Origin: Desulfobacteraceae bacterium
Lineage (GTDB): Bacteria; Desulfobacterota; Desulfobacteria; Desulfobacterales; JAIFKL01
Direction: 5' to 3'
Length of the DNA stretch: 42,927 nt
Assembly: GCA_020049595.1 (NCBI GenBank)
Contig: JAIFKL010000125.1
Location: forward strand, 1 to 42,927
The notes under the pieces were generated by a model, which had not been told where the DNA came from, did no database searches, and saw only the letters and a list, made by a program, of their open reading frames with translations. Numbering within the stretch: the stretch's first letter is position 1; each line of letters begins with the position of its first letter. This document shows positions 1 through 7,027 of the stretch, piece by piece. The translations under genes were made by a program, and so were the position numbers.

Positions 1-185
1 AGCATCTGCTTTCAGGCGCAAGTCATCAATCTGAAATAAATTCTTATCACTTTCATCAAAACTGATTTGGTCTAATTGCATATTTTCATCTTTTTAGACA
101 CTGTTAAATAGCATTTTTTTGTCATTAAATCAGGAAATTATAAAAAATTATGACGAGATTTGCATGTATCCGAAATTTGTCCGTC

Positions 186-500
186 ATGGACATCCGAGGA
201 TAGCCCGGCCCCGGCTAAAATAGATATTGCCGGAGAGGGAGTTCATATCATTTACCAGTCCCGAAGGGACTTCTGAGAATAGCCCGGCAATTTATTGCCG
301 GGAAGATGGTAAACGGAGTTTTTTCCAAGTCCCGTAGGGACGACTGAGGACAATTCGGAGCGAAGCGTTTCAGCCGTCCCTACGGGACTTAAAAAAAATG
401 GGGGACCCGCTCTCATCCGGCAATAAATTGGCGGGCTATTTTCATAAGATCGCCCGCCAATAAATTGGCGGGCTATTTTCAGTCGTCCCTTCGGGACTAT
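186..500. repeat. Cluster of short palindromic word hairpins
   Basis: AGTCCCGAAGGGACT (257-271). CCCGGCAATTTATTGCCGGG (283-302). 18-bp inverted repeat AGTCCCGTAGGGACGACTG / CAGCCGTCCCTACGGGACT (328-389). Tandem copies of GCAATAAATTGGCGGGCTATTTTCA (417-483). Confidence 0.85.
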
Positions 501-545
501 TTCTCAATTCTCAATTCTCACTTCTCACTTCTCAATTTTCACTTA
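501..545. repeat. Heptamer array, single arm (TTCTCAA/TTCTCAC x6 on the + strand)
   Basis: Directly abuts the TAA stop of the minus-strand OMF gene. On the gene strand it reads TGAGAAT/TGAGAAG. Confidence 0.9.
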
Positions 546-1946
546 CTCCCCCCATCCGCCGCCGAGGGCTTTATACAATCGCACCAGATCGGCAGTAGTA
601 TTTCCCTTGCTTTCCGCCAACTGATCCTCAAGATTCAGCAGGGAACGCTGGGCTTCCAATACCGTGTCAAAATCCGCCAGACCGGCGGAATATTTATTTC
701 CGGCTAATTTGGAAGCTTCCTGCGCGGCGCGGGTTGCAGCCGTCAGGGTCTGTCCGCGCTGCTGTTCCGCAGCGTATGCCGTGAGCGCATTTTCTACTTC
801 CTCCAAAGCATTGAGAACCGATGATTCATAGCGGAGCAGCGCCTGTTCCGCTAACGCTGATTGCACTTCAATATTTTGTCGGATCGCGCCGGCGTCAAAA
901 ATGCGCCAACTCAGACGGGGACCGAAACTGTGGCTTCTGCTGTCCCCAGAAAACAGATCGCCTGATGAAAGCGCCTCCAATCCCACAGAGCCGTTCAAAG
1001 TGAATTTCGGGTAAAGCTCGGATTCAGCAACGCCGATGCGCGCGGTCTGCGCCGCCAGATTCCGTTCCGCCTGACGAATATCAGGTCTGCGCCGCAAAAG
1101 GTCAGCGGGAATCCCCACAGCGATGTTCACGGAAGGGACAGGCACGGGCTTGTTTTCTTTCAGAAGCGTGTGCAGCGCGCCCGGAGATTCTCCCAGCAGC
1201 ACGGCAAGACGGTTTTCAGCCGCTTCCAGACCGGCGTGCAGCGTGGGAATCCGGGAGCGCGTCTGTTCCAGATTGTATCGCGCCTGCTGAACAGCGAGTT
1301 CATCGCCCAGACCTGCCTGATAGCGCGAGCGGACAAGTCCGTGAGTTTCCAGTTGTGCGGCAAGATTGGCATTTGCCACCGAGATACGGTTCTGATAGAT
1401 GCGGACATCAATGTAGTTGAGTGCGACTTCTGCCAGAAGCGAGACCTGCACATCCCGCAAATTTTCCTGCTCGGATTCCAGATTTGCCTGCGCCGCTTCA
1501 ATGGAACGGCTGACGCCTCCGAAAATATCCAATTCCCAACTCGCATCCAAGCCGATGGTATAGGATTTATTCTCCGAGCCGTTGCTGTGCCGCGTGGTGA
1601 CAGCACCGGAAGCATCGGCACTCGGAAATCTGTCCGCATCGCTGATGCCTCTGCGGGCGCGTGCTTCCCGAATCCGGGCGAATGCGTTTTTAATATCGGA
1701 ATTGCCTGTGACAGCACGCTCAATCAGCCCGGATAAAACAGGATCATTGAGGGTTTTCCACCATTGCGCCAGCAATTCTGCTGTTTCGGTGCCGGAGGAC
1801 AGCGTGCTGTTCCATGCGGTCGGGGTTTGGGTTTGAGGTCGGGCATAATTCGGACCCACGACTGCACATCCGGCAATGCCGATGATTGTCGCAAAGCATA
1901 TCAGGACAAAAGCTGAATGCGGAAAGGATTTATTGAAAGGATTCAT
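543..1946 (-). CDS. Efflux outer-membrane factor lipoprotein (NodT family)
   Basis: 467-aa ORF. Lipoprotein signal ends IAGC. WWKTLNDPVLSGLIERAV motif and two OEP-type repeats. No MFP or RND pump gene lies beside it in the window. Confidence 0.9.
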   Translation of the reverse strand: MNPFNKSFPHSAFVLICFATIIGIAGCAVVGPNYARPQTQTPTAWNSTLSSGTETAELLAQWWKTLNDPVLSGLIERAVTGNSDIKNAFARIREARARRGISDADRFPSADASGAVTTRHSNGSENKSYTIGLDASWELDIFGGVSRSIEAAQANLESEQENLRDVQVSLLAEVALNYIDVRIYQNRISVANANLAAQLETHGLVRSRYQAGLGDELAVQQARYNLEQTRSRIPTLHAGLEAAENRLAVLLGESPGALHTLLKENKPVPVPSVNIAVGIPADLLRRRPDIRQAERNLAAQTARIGVAESELYPKFTLNGSVGLEALSSGDLFSGDSRSHSFGPRLSWRIFDAGAIRQNIEVQSALAEQALLRYESSVLNALEEVENALTAYAAEQQRGQTLTAATRAAQEASKLAGNKYSAGLADFDTVLEAQRSLLNLEDQLAESKGNTTADLVRLYKALGGGWGE

Positions 1947-2043
1947 GGGAGTTCCATATTGAAATATGAAAACAGAGATTGGAGAAACTAAGTTTTTTCA
2001 AAAAAACTTAGTTTCTTTTTCATTCTTCAATTCATGCTGTTTT

Positions 2044-2376
2044 TCATTTCGCCGACTGATTATAGAAAGGGACTTCATCGGCAGTGACAACGCAGTCTAT
2101 GTTCTTATCCAAGCGGGTAAAGCGTTCAATGATAACGCCGCCGGCAGAAGCGGTGTTTGCCGTATTGCCGGAGAGAGGAGTGGTGTCAACTTCCTGAAAA
2201 GAATTTCCGGTATTACCTGCATTCGCATTCGTGCCAGTGCTGTTTTCAATTCCCTGAACAACATTTCCCCCGGTTTCGGCAGGACTTGCCTGCTGGGCAA
2301 AACTGCAAGCCGTGAAAACAAACAGCACTGCCAATACAATCGCCGCAGCCGTCTTGAACCTCATGTCAAATTTCAT
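2044..2376 (-). CDS. Small secreted protein with an EF-hand-like Ca-binding loop
   Basis: Start moved from ORF-track 2424 to ATG 2376, which has GGAGGAG just upstream. Signal peptide AAIVLAVLFVFTACSFAQQ is paralogous to that of 2854-3348. C-terminal DKNIDCVVTADE loop. Confidence 0.6.
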   Translation of the reverse strand: MKFDMRFKTAAAIVLAVLFVFTACSFAQQASPAETGGNVVQGIENSTGTNANAGNTGNSFQEVDTTPLSGNTANTASAGGVIIERFTRLDKNIDCVVTADEVPFYNQSAK

Positions 2377-2507
2377 GCGCTTTCTCCTCCTTAAAAAAAT
2401 AAAAAATTGAAACTTGTCAGACAATCAACTTACAGGCAAATCTTATCACCAAAATTAAAAAATTGAAAGTTTTTCAGATAAGTTTTAACTTTTTTCTCTC
2501 TATCTAT

Positions 2508-2732
2508 CCGGAGTGCTGAAATCTGTTCTTAGCCCGGGCGCAGTGAAATTTCAGCTGTAGAACGGGTTTGAAACCCGTTTTACTGTGCTGTGCCGAAATG
2601 AGCGAAGCGACCGAATTTTATAAAATGGGTCAGCTGTAGAACGGGTTTGAAACCCGTTTTACTGTGCTGTGCCGAAATGAGCGAAGCGAATTTTAGCATT
2701 CTCAGCCTGGGCGCAGTGAAATTTTAGCATTT
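2508..2732. repeat. Composite word element containing a 79-bp-period tandem duplication
   Basis: CAGCTGTAGAACGGGTTTGAAACCCGTTTTACTGTGCTGTGCCGAAATGAGCGAAGCGA occurs at 2552-2610 and 2631-2689. It is flanked by GGAGTGCTGAAAT and AATTTTAGCA words. Confidence 0.85.
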
Positions 2733-2853
2733 GATTCAATGGGTTTGTCAAACATTGCGTGTTTGCGGGAATTATCTGAGAAAGGCGGAATGCAGGTTTC
2801 CCCTTTGAATAGGCGGAAACACTGCATCCGTGATTCAATCCGAATGATTTCGG

Positions 2854-3348
2854 CTAATTCTGCTGCCCTTGTTTCGGAGGCGGGGGACCTTCAGGCATTT
2901 CATCGGCGCTGACAAAACCGTCGCCGTTTTTATCCAGAAGGGTGAAACGGTCAGGACGACCGGTAAACTCATCTTTCGACACCTTTCCGTCATTATTTTT
3001 GTCGAATTTCTGCATAAAATTCTGTCCCATACCCTGGGGACCTTCTCCGCCCAGGCGGGGCGGATTTCCCGGCTTTACTTCATCGGCGCTGATAAAACCG
3101 TCTGCGTTCTTATCCATACGGGTGAAATGCTCGGCGGGACCGACAAATTCCTCTTTCGACACTTTTCCGTCATTATCCTTGTCGAATTTCTGGATAAGAT
3201 GCTGTCCCATACCCTGCGGAGCCTGTCCGGCTCCGGGTGCGCTGCCCTCGTTTCCCTGAGGCTTGCCTTGCTGGGCAAAACTGCATACAGCGAAAACAAA
3301 CAGTATTGCCGACACGATAGCCAAACCTGCTTTAACCTTGAAACTCAT
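2854..3348 (-). CDS. Secreted EF-hand calcium-binding protein (two EF-hand pairs)
   Basis: Signal peptide LAIVSAILFVFAVCSFAQQ. Duplicated module FDKDNDGKVSKEEF ... DKNADGFISADE and FDKNNDGKVSKDEF ... DKNGDGFVSADE. ATG at 3348 preferred over TTG at 3354. Confidence 0.8.
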   Translation of the reverse strand: MSFKVKAGLAIVSAILFVFAVCSFAQQGKPQGNEGSAPGAGQAPQGMGQHLIQKFDKDNDGKVSKEEFVGPAEHFTRMDKNADGFISADEVKPGNPPRLGGEGPQGMGQNFMQKFDKNNDGKVSKDEFTGRPDRFTLLDKNGDGFVSADEMPEGPPPPKQGQQN

Positions 3349-3525
3349 CTTCAATTGCTTTTTCCTTTTCTGTTCAGTGTTAGAAAAAATGGACCTTATC
3401 TTATTAACAGTCGCAACTTTTTAAAAAAAAGTTACATAAAAGCGCAAAAAAAATGATTCCCGAAAAACTATCGGAAATCATTCTTTTTTCTGAAACACTC
3501 ATGTGACCGGCGGATGTTTTCCGAT

Positions 3526-3590
3526 AGGGCGGGCATTTTTCATGTCCGCCCTGCAACTATAGTAAGGCGGGCATGAAATGCCCACCTTAC
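3526..3590. repeat. Two adjacent hairpin words (GGGCGGGCAT and GTAAGGCGGGCAT families)
   Basis: AGGGCGGGCAT-TTTTC-ATGTCCGCCCT (3526-3552) and GTAAGGCGGGCAT-GAA-ATGCCCACCTTAC (3562-3590). Confidence 0.85.
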
Positions 3591-3606
3591 AAGGAACGAC
3601 CGCAGT

Positions 3607-4110
3607 TTAATTTGCCGGTTCGGTTTCAGTTGCTGTCGTTTCAGTTGTCGTGGTTTCAGTTGTTGCCGCCGCGGCAGATTCGATTTCCTGTGCAATTGCA
3701 GTGGCCTGATCCTGCGTAATCAAACCGCAGTTGGCAGCCTGCTGCGCCAGTTTGACCGTTTTGCCGTCCATCAGCGTGCGAAAAGTCGCATGGTCAATTT
3801 TATATGTTTCAAAAACTTTTCTGACGCCCTGCGCCTCAAGTTCTGCTTTCACCGTCTCCGCAGGCTGTCCGCTAAGTTCGGAAAGGGCTTCTGTCATCAT
3901 ATTGTCATGCAGATATTTTCCCAGCAGATCGCCCGGGTGTCCGTGCGGAGGGCGATGCTGCCGCACATCTGTACCGGCGGTTTCAGTTACGGTTGATGTT
4001 TCCGAAGCAGACACTTTCGTTCCCTCGCATTTTTGCCTGCCTCCTGCAAAAGCTGCTCCCCACATCATCATACTTACCATCAGCAGAATTGTTACGATTT
4101 TTTTAGTCAT
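3607..4110 (-). CDS. Secreted hypothetical protein (Thr/Glu-rich C-terminus)
   Basis: GGGAGG RBS before the ATG. N-terminal signal peptide VTILLMVSMMMWGAAFA. No family recognised. Confidence 0.65.
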   Translation of the reverse strand: MTKKIVTILLMVSMMMWGAAFAGGRQKCEGTKVSASETSTVTETAGTDVRQHRPPHGHPGDLLGKYLHDNMMTEALSELSGQPAETVKAELEAQGVRKVFETYKIDHATFRTLMDGKTVKLAQQAANCGLITQDQATAIAQEIESAAAATTETTTTETTATETEPAN

Positions 4111-4281
4111 TTTTCATATCCTCCCTTAAAATTGAAAATTGATGTTCTCCCGATCACATGATGCGTGAAAATAGCAGTTGATTGTGAAGAAAATATGAAG
4201 GAAATATGAGAAGGTTGTGAAGATTGATAAATTGCTTGAACTCGGAGGGAAAGAGTTTTATAGGATAAGAGTTAGAAGTGT

Positions 4282-4397
4282 TTTTTCGCCACGAATGGAC
4301 ACGAATTTATCACGAATAAAAGAACGCTAATTTATTCAGAATGATTAATTCGTGCTTTTTAATTTGTGATAAATCCGTGTCCATTCGTGGCGAAAAA
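4282..4397. repeat. 32-bp inverted repeat (CACGAAT word family) just upstream of the kinase gene
   Basis: TTTTTCGCCACGAATGGACACGAATTTATCAC (4282-4313) against GTGATAAATCCGTGTCCATTCGTGGCGAAAAA (4366-4397), with one mismatch. Confidence 0.85.
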
Positions 4398-4429
4398 TCC
4401 CCTGATTTTAAAATTTAAGGAAAATTCTC

Positions 4430-6007
4430 ATGCGGATCAAACTTTCATACAAAGTATTTGCGGCATTTCTGCTGACATCTCTGGTAAGCGTGATGCTGAT
4501 GATTGCAATCATCCATTATCATGCTTCACAGAACTTTGCGAATTATATCAATAAAGTCGAACTCGGCAAACTTGACAGGCTTATAAGCGAAGTAAGCAAG
4601 GAATACAGGAAACAGGGCGGATGGGACACACTGAAAAATAATCGGAGCCTGTGGGAGCGCATTTTGGATACATGCGATCTGAAACCCCGCCGGCACGATC
4701 AGCCGAGGCTTAAACATCCTTTTCCGCCGCCTCATCATATCGCGGATGAAGAATTTTTGAAACCGGAGCGCGCTTTGCGTCATGATATGTTTCCTGACGA
4801 GAACCGGGAGAATCCGGAACGCCGTCCGCCGCCTGATATGCCCCCGGATGATATGCCGCTGCCGAATGACAGAAACAGAGATGGAAATGGCTTGCCGCGG
4901 CACGAAGCTGTTTTCGGCATCGGTCCCCGTATTTCGCTTTTTGATGCACAAAAACAGCTTGTTGTCGGAAATCCTTTTATCAGCGACCAATTGCTGAAAG
5001 AAATCAGAATTGACGGAAAAATTGTCGGCCGGATAGGCTTGAAAAGAAGAAAACCCATGGCAAATCCGCTGGAAATCGCTTTTTTAAGACAGCAGTATGA
5101 ATTGTTTTATCTGACCGGCGGCATTATATTTATATTGACGGCGCTGGTTTCATTTTTTCTGTCAGGACATATTCTCAAGCCGGTCAGGAAATTGGCGCAG
5201 GGAACGCTGGCGCTGGCTTCCCGAAAATTTGAAACGCGTATCTGTGTTCGTTCATCGGATGAACTGGGGGAACTGGCTTCAAACTTCAACACCATGGCCC
5301 AGACCCTTGAAAAATATGAGCAGATGCAGAAACAGTGGATTTCCGACATTTCCCATGAATTAAGAACGCCGCTGTCCATTCTTCGCGGGGAACTTGAAGC
5401 CGCACAGGACGGCATTCGCGAACTGAATATGGAAACACTGGATTCTTTACATGACGAAGCGATTCATCTGTCTAAGATCGTTGAGGGGCTTCATCAGCTA
5501 TCGCTGGCGGACGCGGAAAGCGTTTCATTGAAAAAAGAAGCGGTTAATCCCCTGTCTGTTTTAAAAAAAACGCTTACACTTTTTCAAAGCCGCTTTGCAC
5601 AGCAGCAGATTTTGATTCAGCATGATCTTGATGCGGGGCAAAACATCATGCTCTCAGGGGATGGGGACCGTCTGATGCAGCTTTTTTCAAATCTGTTGGA
5701 AAATACATTGCGTTATACAAATTCTCCGGGTAAATTAAACATCTCCGGCCGCTGTGAACAGAATCATATACTGCTGAGTTTTGAAGATTCGGGTCCGGGT
5801 GTGCCGGAAGCATCGCTGGAACGCCTGTTTGACCGGCTGTACCGGGTGGATCCGTCAAGAAGCCGGGCAAAAGGGGGCAGCGGTCTGGGGCTGGCGATTT
5901 GCAAAAATATTGTGGAAACACACGGCGGAACCATTCGGGCTTTGAATGCGCCCGGCGGGGGGCTGCGGATTGAGATCATGTTTCCGCCGGCACCTCGCAG
6001 ACTGTAG
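4430..6007 (+). CDS. Sensor histidine kinase, BaeS/CpxA-like (TM, Pro-rich periplasmic loop, TM, HAMP, HisKA, HATPase)
   Basis: H-box SDISHELRTPLS. N, G1 and G2 boxes (LENTLRYT, DSGPGV, GGSGLGLAI). Two TM segments flank a Pro/Asp/Arg-rich loop. Confidence 0.9.
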   Translation: MRIKLSYKVFAAFLLTSLVSVMLMIAIIHYHASQNFANYINKVELGKLDRLISEVSKEYRKQGGWDTLKNNRSLWERILDTCDLKPRRHDQPRLKHPFPPPHHIADEEFLKPERALRHDMFPDENRENPERRPPPDMPPDDMPLPNDRNRDGNGLPRHEAVFGIGPRISLFDAQKQLVVGNPFISDQLLKEIRIDGKIVGRIGLKRRKPMANPLEIAFLRQQYELFYLTGGIIFILTALVSFFLSGHILKPVRKLAQGTLALASRKFETRICVRSSDELGELASNFNTMAQTLEKYEQMQKQWISDISHELRTPLSILRGELEAAQDGIRELNMETLDSLHDEAIHLSKIVEGLHQLSLADAESVSLKKEAVNPLSVLKKTLTLFQSRFAQQQILIQHDLDAGQNIMLSGDGDRLMQLFSNLLENTLRYTNSPGKLNISGRCEQNHILLSFEDSGPGVPEASLERLFDRLYRVDPSRSRAKGGSGLGLAICKNIVETHGGTIRALNAPGGGLRIEIMFPPAPRRL

Positions 6008-6030
6008 AACGGGTTTCAAACCCGTTTTAC
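6002..6030. repeat. GTAGAACGGGTTTCAAACCCGTTTTAC hairpin word overlapping the kinase stop codon
   Basis: The same word occurs at about 2556-2584 and 2635-2663. The TAG stop (6005-6007) of the kinase lies inside the word. Confidence 0.8.
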
Positions 6031-6056
6031 ATTTATGTCAACGCAGGAACAACATT

Positions 6057-6701
6057 ATGGAAAAACGGCATATTCTCATTGTTGAAGATGAAACCAAAAT
6101 TGCCCGGCTGCTTGCCGATTATCTGAAAAATGCGGGCATTCCATATATCAGAAAACAGCCGCCGGATATGATGCTTTTGGATATTATGCTTCCGGGTATG
6201 GACGGGATGGAAATATGCAGGGAACTCAGAAAATTTTCAACCCTTCCTGTCATTATGATTACTGCCAAAGTGGAAGAAATTGACCGGCTTCTCGGACTGG
6301 GACTCGGCGCGGACGATTATATCTGCAAGCCTTTCAGTCCCAGAGAAGTGATTGCACGGGTCAAAGCCGTGCTGAGACGCTCCTATCCTGAATCCGAAGA
6401 GAAGAAAATTGTTGCGGGTCCCATCACATTGGATGAAAATACGCGGCTGGTAACCATCCACGATGCGGAATTGAAGCTGACGCCCAGCGAATTCGGGTTT
6501 CTGAAAATCCTGATGACAAATCCGAACCGTGTGTTTACCCGCAATGAATTGTTAGACAAAGTGCAGGGATATAATTTTGACGGATATGACCGCACCATTG
6601 ACACGCATATCAAAAATCTGCGGAAAAAAATTTCGGAAAGGCTGCCGGATCAGGAGATTATTATGACAGTTTACGGAGCCGGCTATAAATTTAATATTTA
6701 A
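6057..6701 (+). CDS. OmpR-family response regulator, BaeR-like
   Basis: Start at ATG 6057 (MEKRHILIVEDE), not ORF-track 5946. ITAKVEEIDRLLGLGLGADDYICKPFSPREV receiver motifs plus a winged-helix C-terminus (TVYGAGYKF). The receiver looks about 13 aa short between beta1 and the phospho-Asp (see findings). Confidence 0.85.
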   Translation: MEKRHILIVEDETKIARLLADYLKNAGIPYIRKQPPDMMLLDIMLPGMDGMEICRELRKFSTLPVIMITAKVEEIDRLLGLGLGADDYICKPFSPREVIARVKAVLRRSYPESEEKKIVAGPITLDENTRLVTIHDAELKLTPSEFGFLKILMTNPNRVFTRNELLDKVQGYNFDGYDRTIDTHIKNLRKKISERLPDQEIIMTVYGAGYKFNI

Positions 6702-6724
6702 TATTATAGGAGTTACGCAGTTCA

Positions 6725-6829
6725 GACCTCACCCCCCGGCCCCCCACCTCCCCCCCCGGCCCCCTCTCCGAAGGAGAGGGGGCGACTTCTGCTCCCCTCC
6801 CCTTCGGAGAGGGGGCCGGGGGTGGGGTC
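6725..6829. repeat. GC-rich nested palindrome (CCCCTCTCC-TTCG/GAAG-GGAGAGGGG word family)
   Basis: Outer inverted repeat GACCTCACCCCCCGGCCCCC / GGGGGCCGGGGGTGGGGTC. Inner hairpins GGCCCCCTCTCCGAAGGAGAGGGGGC and CCCCTCCCCTTCGGAGAGGGGG. Confidence 0.85.
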
Positions 6830-6938
6830 TCCGTTCCGTTCATAACGACATCGGAAAGTTAAATTGACAAAGTAAAATTAATTTATATTAAATTCACCTT
6901 ATGATTGACATTTTCTATCAATTCGGGCAAATTATTGG

Positions 6939-7008
6939 GAAGTGAGAATTGAGAATTGAGAAATCAACACTTCCTGTTTCTCAATTCTCAATTCTCAATT
7001 CTCAATTT
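6939..7008. repeat. Inverted heptamer pair (hairpin)
   Basis: (TGAGAAT)n at 6939-6963, loop TCAACACTTCCTG, (ATTCTCA)n at 6977-7008. Lies 20 nt upstream of the PrkA-like start. Confidence 0.9.
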
Positions 7009-7027
7009 ATCGGGAGTGTTAAAACTT

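Noticed and set aside
1-81. A possible 5' end of a minus-strand gene (ATG at 81, MQLDQISFDESDKNLFQIDDLRLKADA...) running off the left edge.
   Set aside because: Only 27 codons are visible and there is no convincing RBS. Plus-strand frames also stay open for 10-20 codons at the edge, so direction and reality cannot be decided.
465-707. Small ORFs lying in repeat regions: 465-707, 10787-11032, 13078-13263, 33152-33382, 35541-35729, 41258-41467 and 22363-22620.
   Set aside because: They are created by the stop-free strand of the repeat words or heptamers, or they overlap real genes. They have no RBS or motifs.
1160-1736. Long ORFs on both strands inside the OMF gene (1160-1723 minus, 1170-1736 plus). 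Similar antisense or alternate-frame ORFs lie at 7979-8806, 9859-10437, 23756-24448, 24944-25900, 28337-29179, 30610-31143, 37576-38253 and 38875-39615.
   Set aside because: These are shadow ORFs embedded in genes with clear family motifs. Their translations are low-complexity, Arg/Cys/Phe-rich, and carry no recognisable motifs.
6956-7027. The ORF-track N-terminal extension of the PrkA-like gene. Similar extensions occur at 5946-6056, 31332-31352, 35624-35677, 37420-37554 and 2377-2424.
   Set aside because: The extensions start at TTG/ATG codons inside repeat words or heptamer arrays and translate repeat sequence. Better starts with RBS or signal peptides lie downstream.
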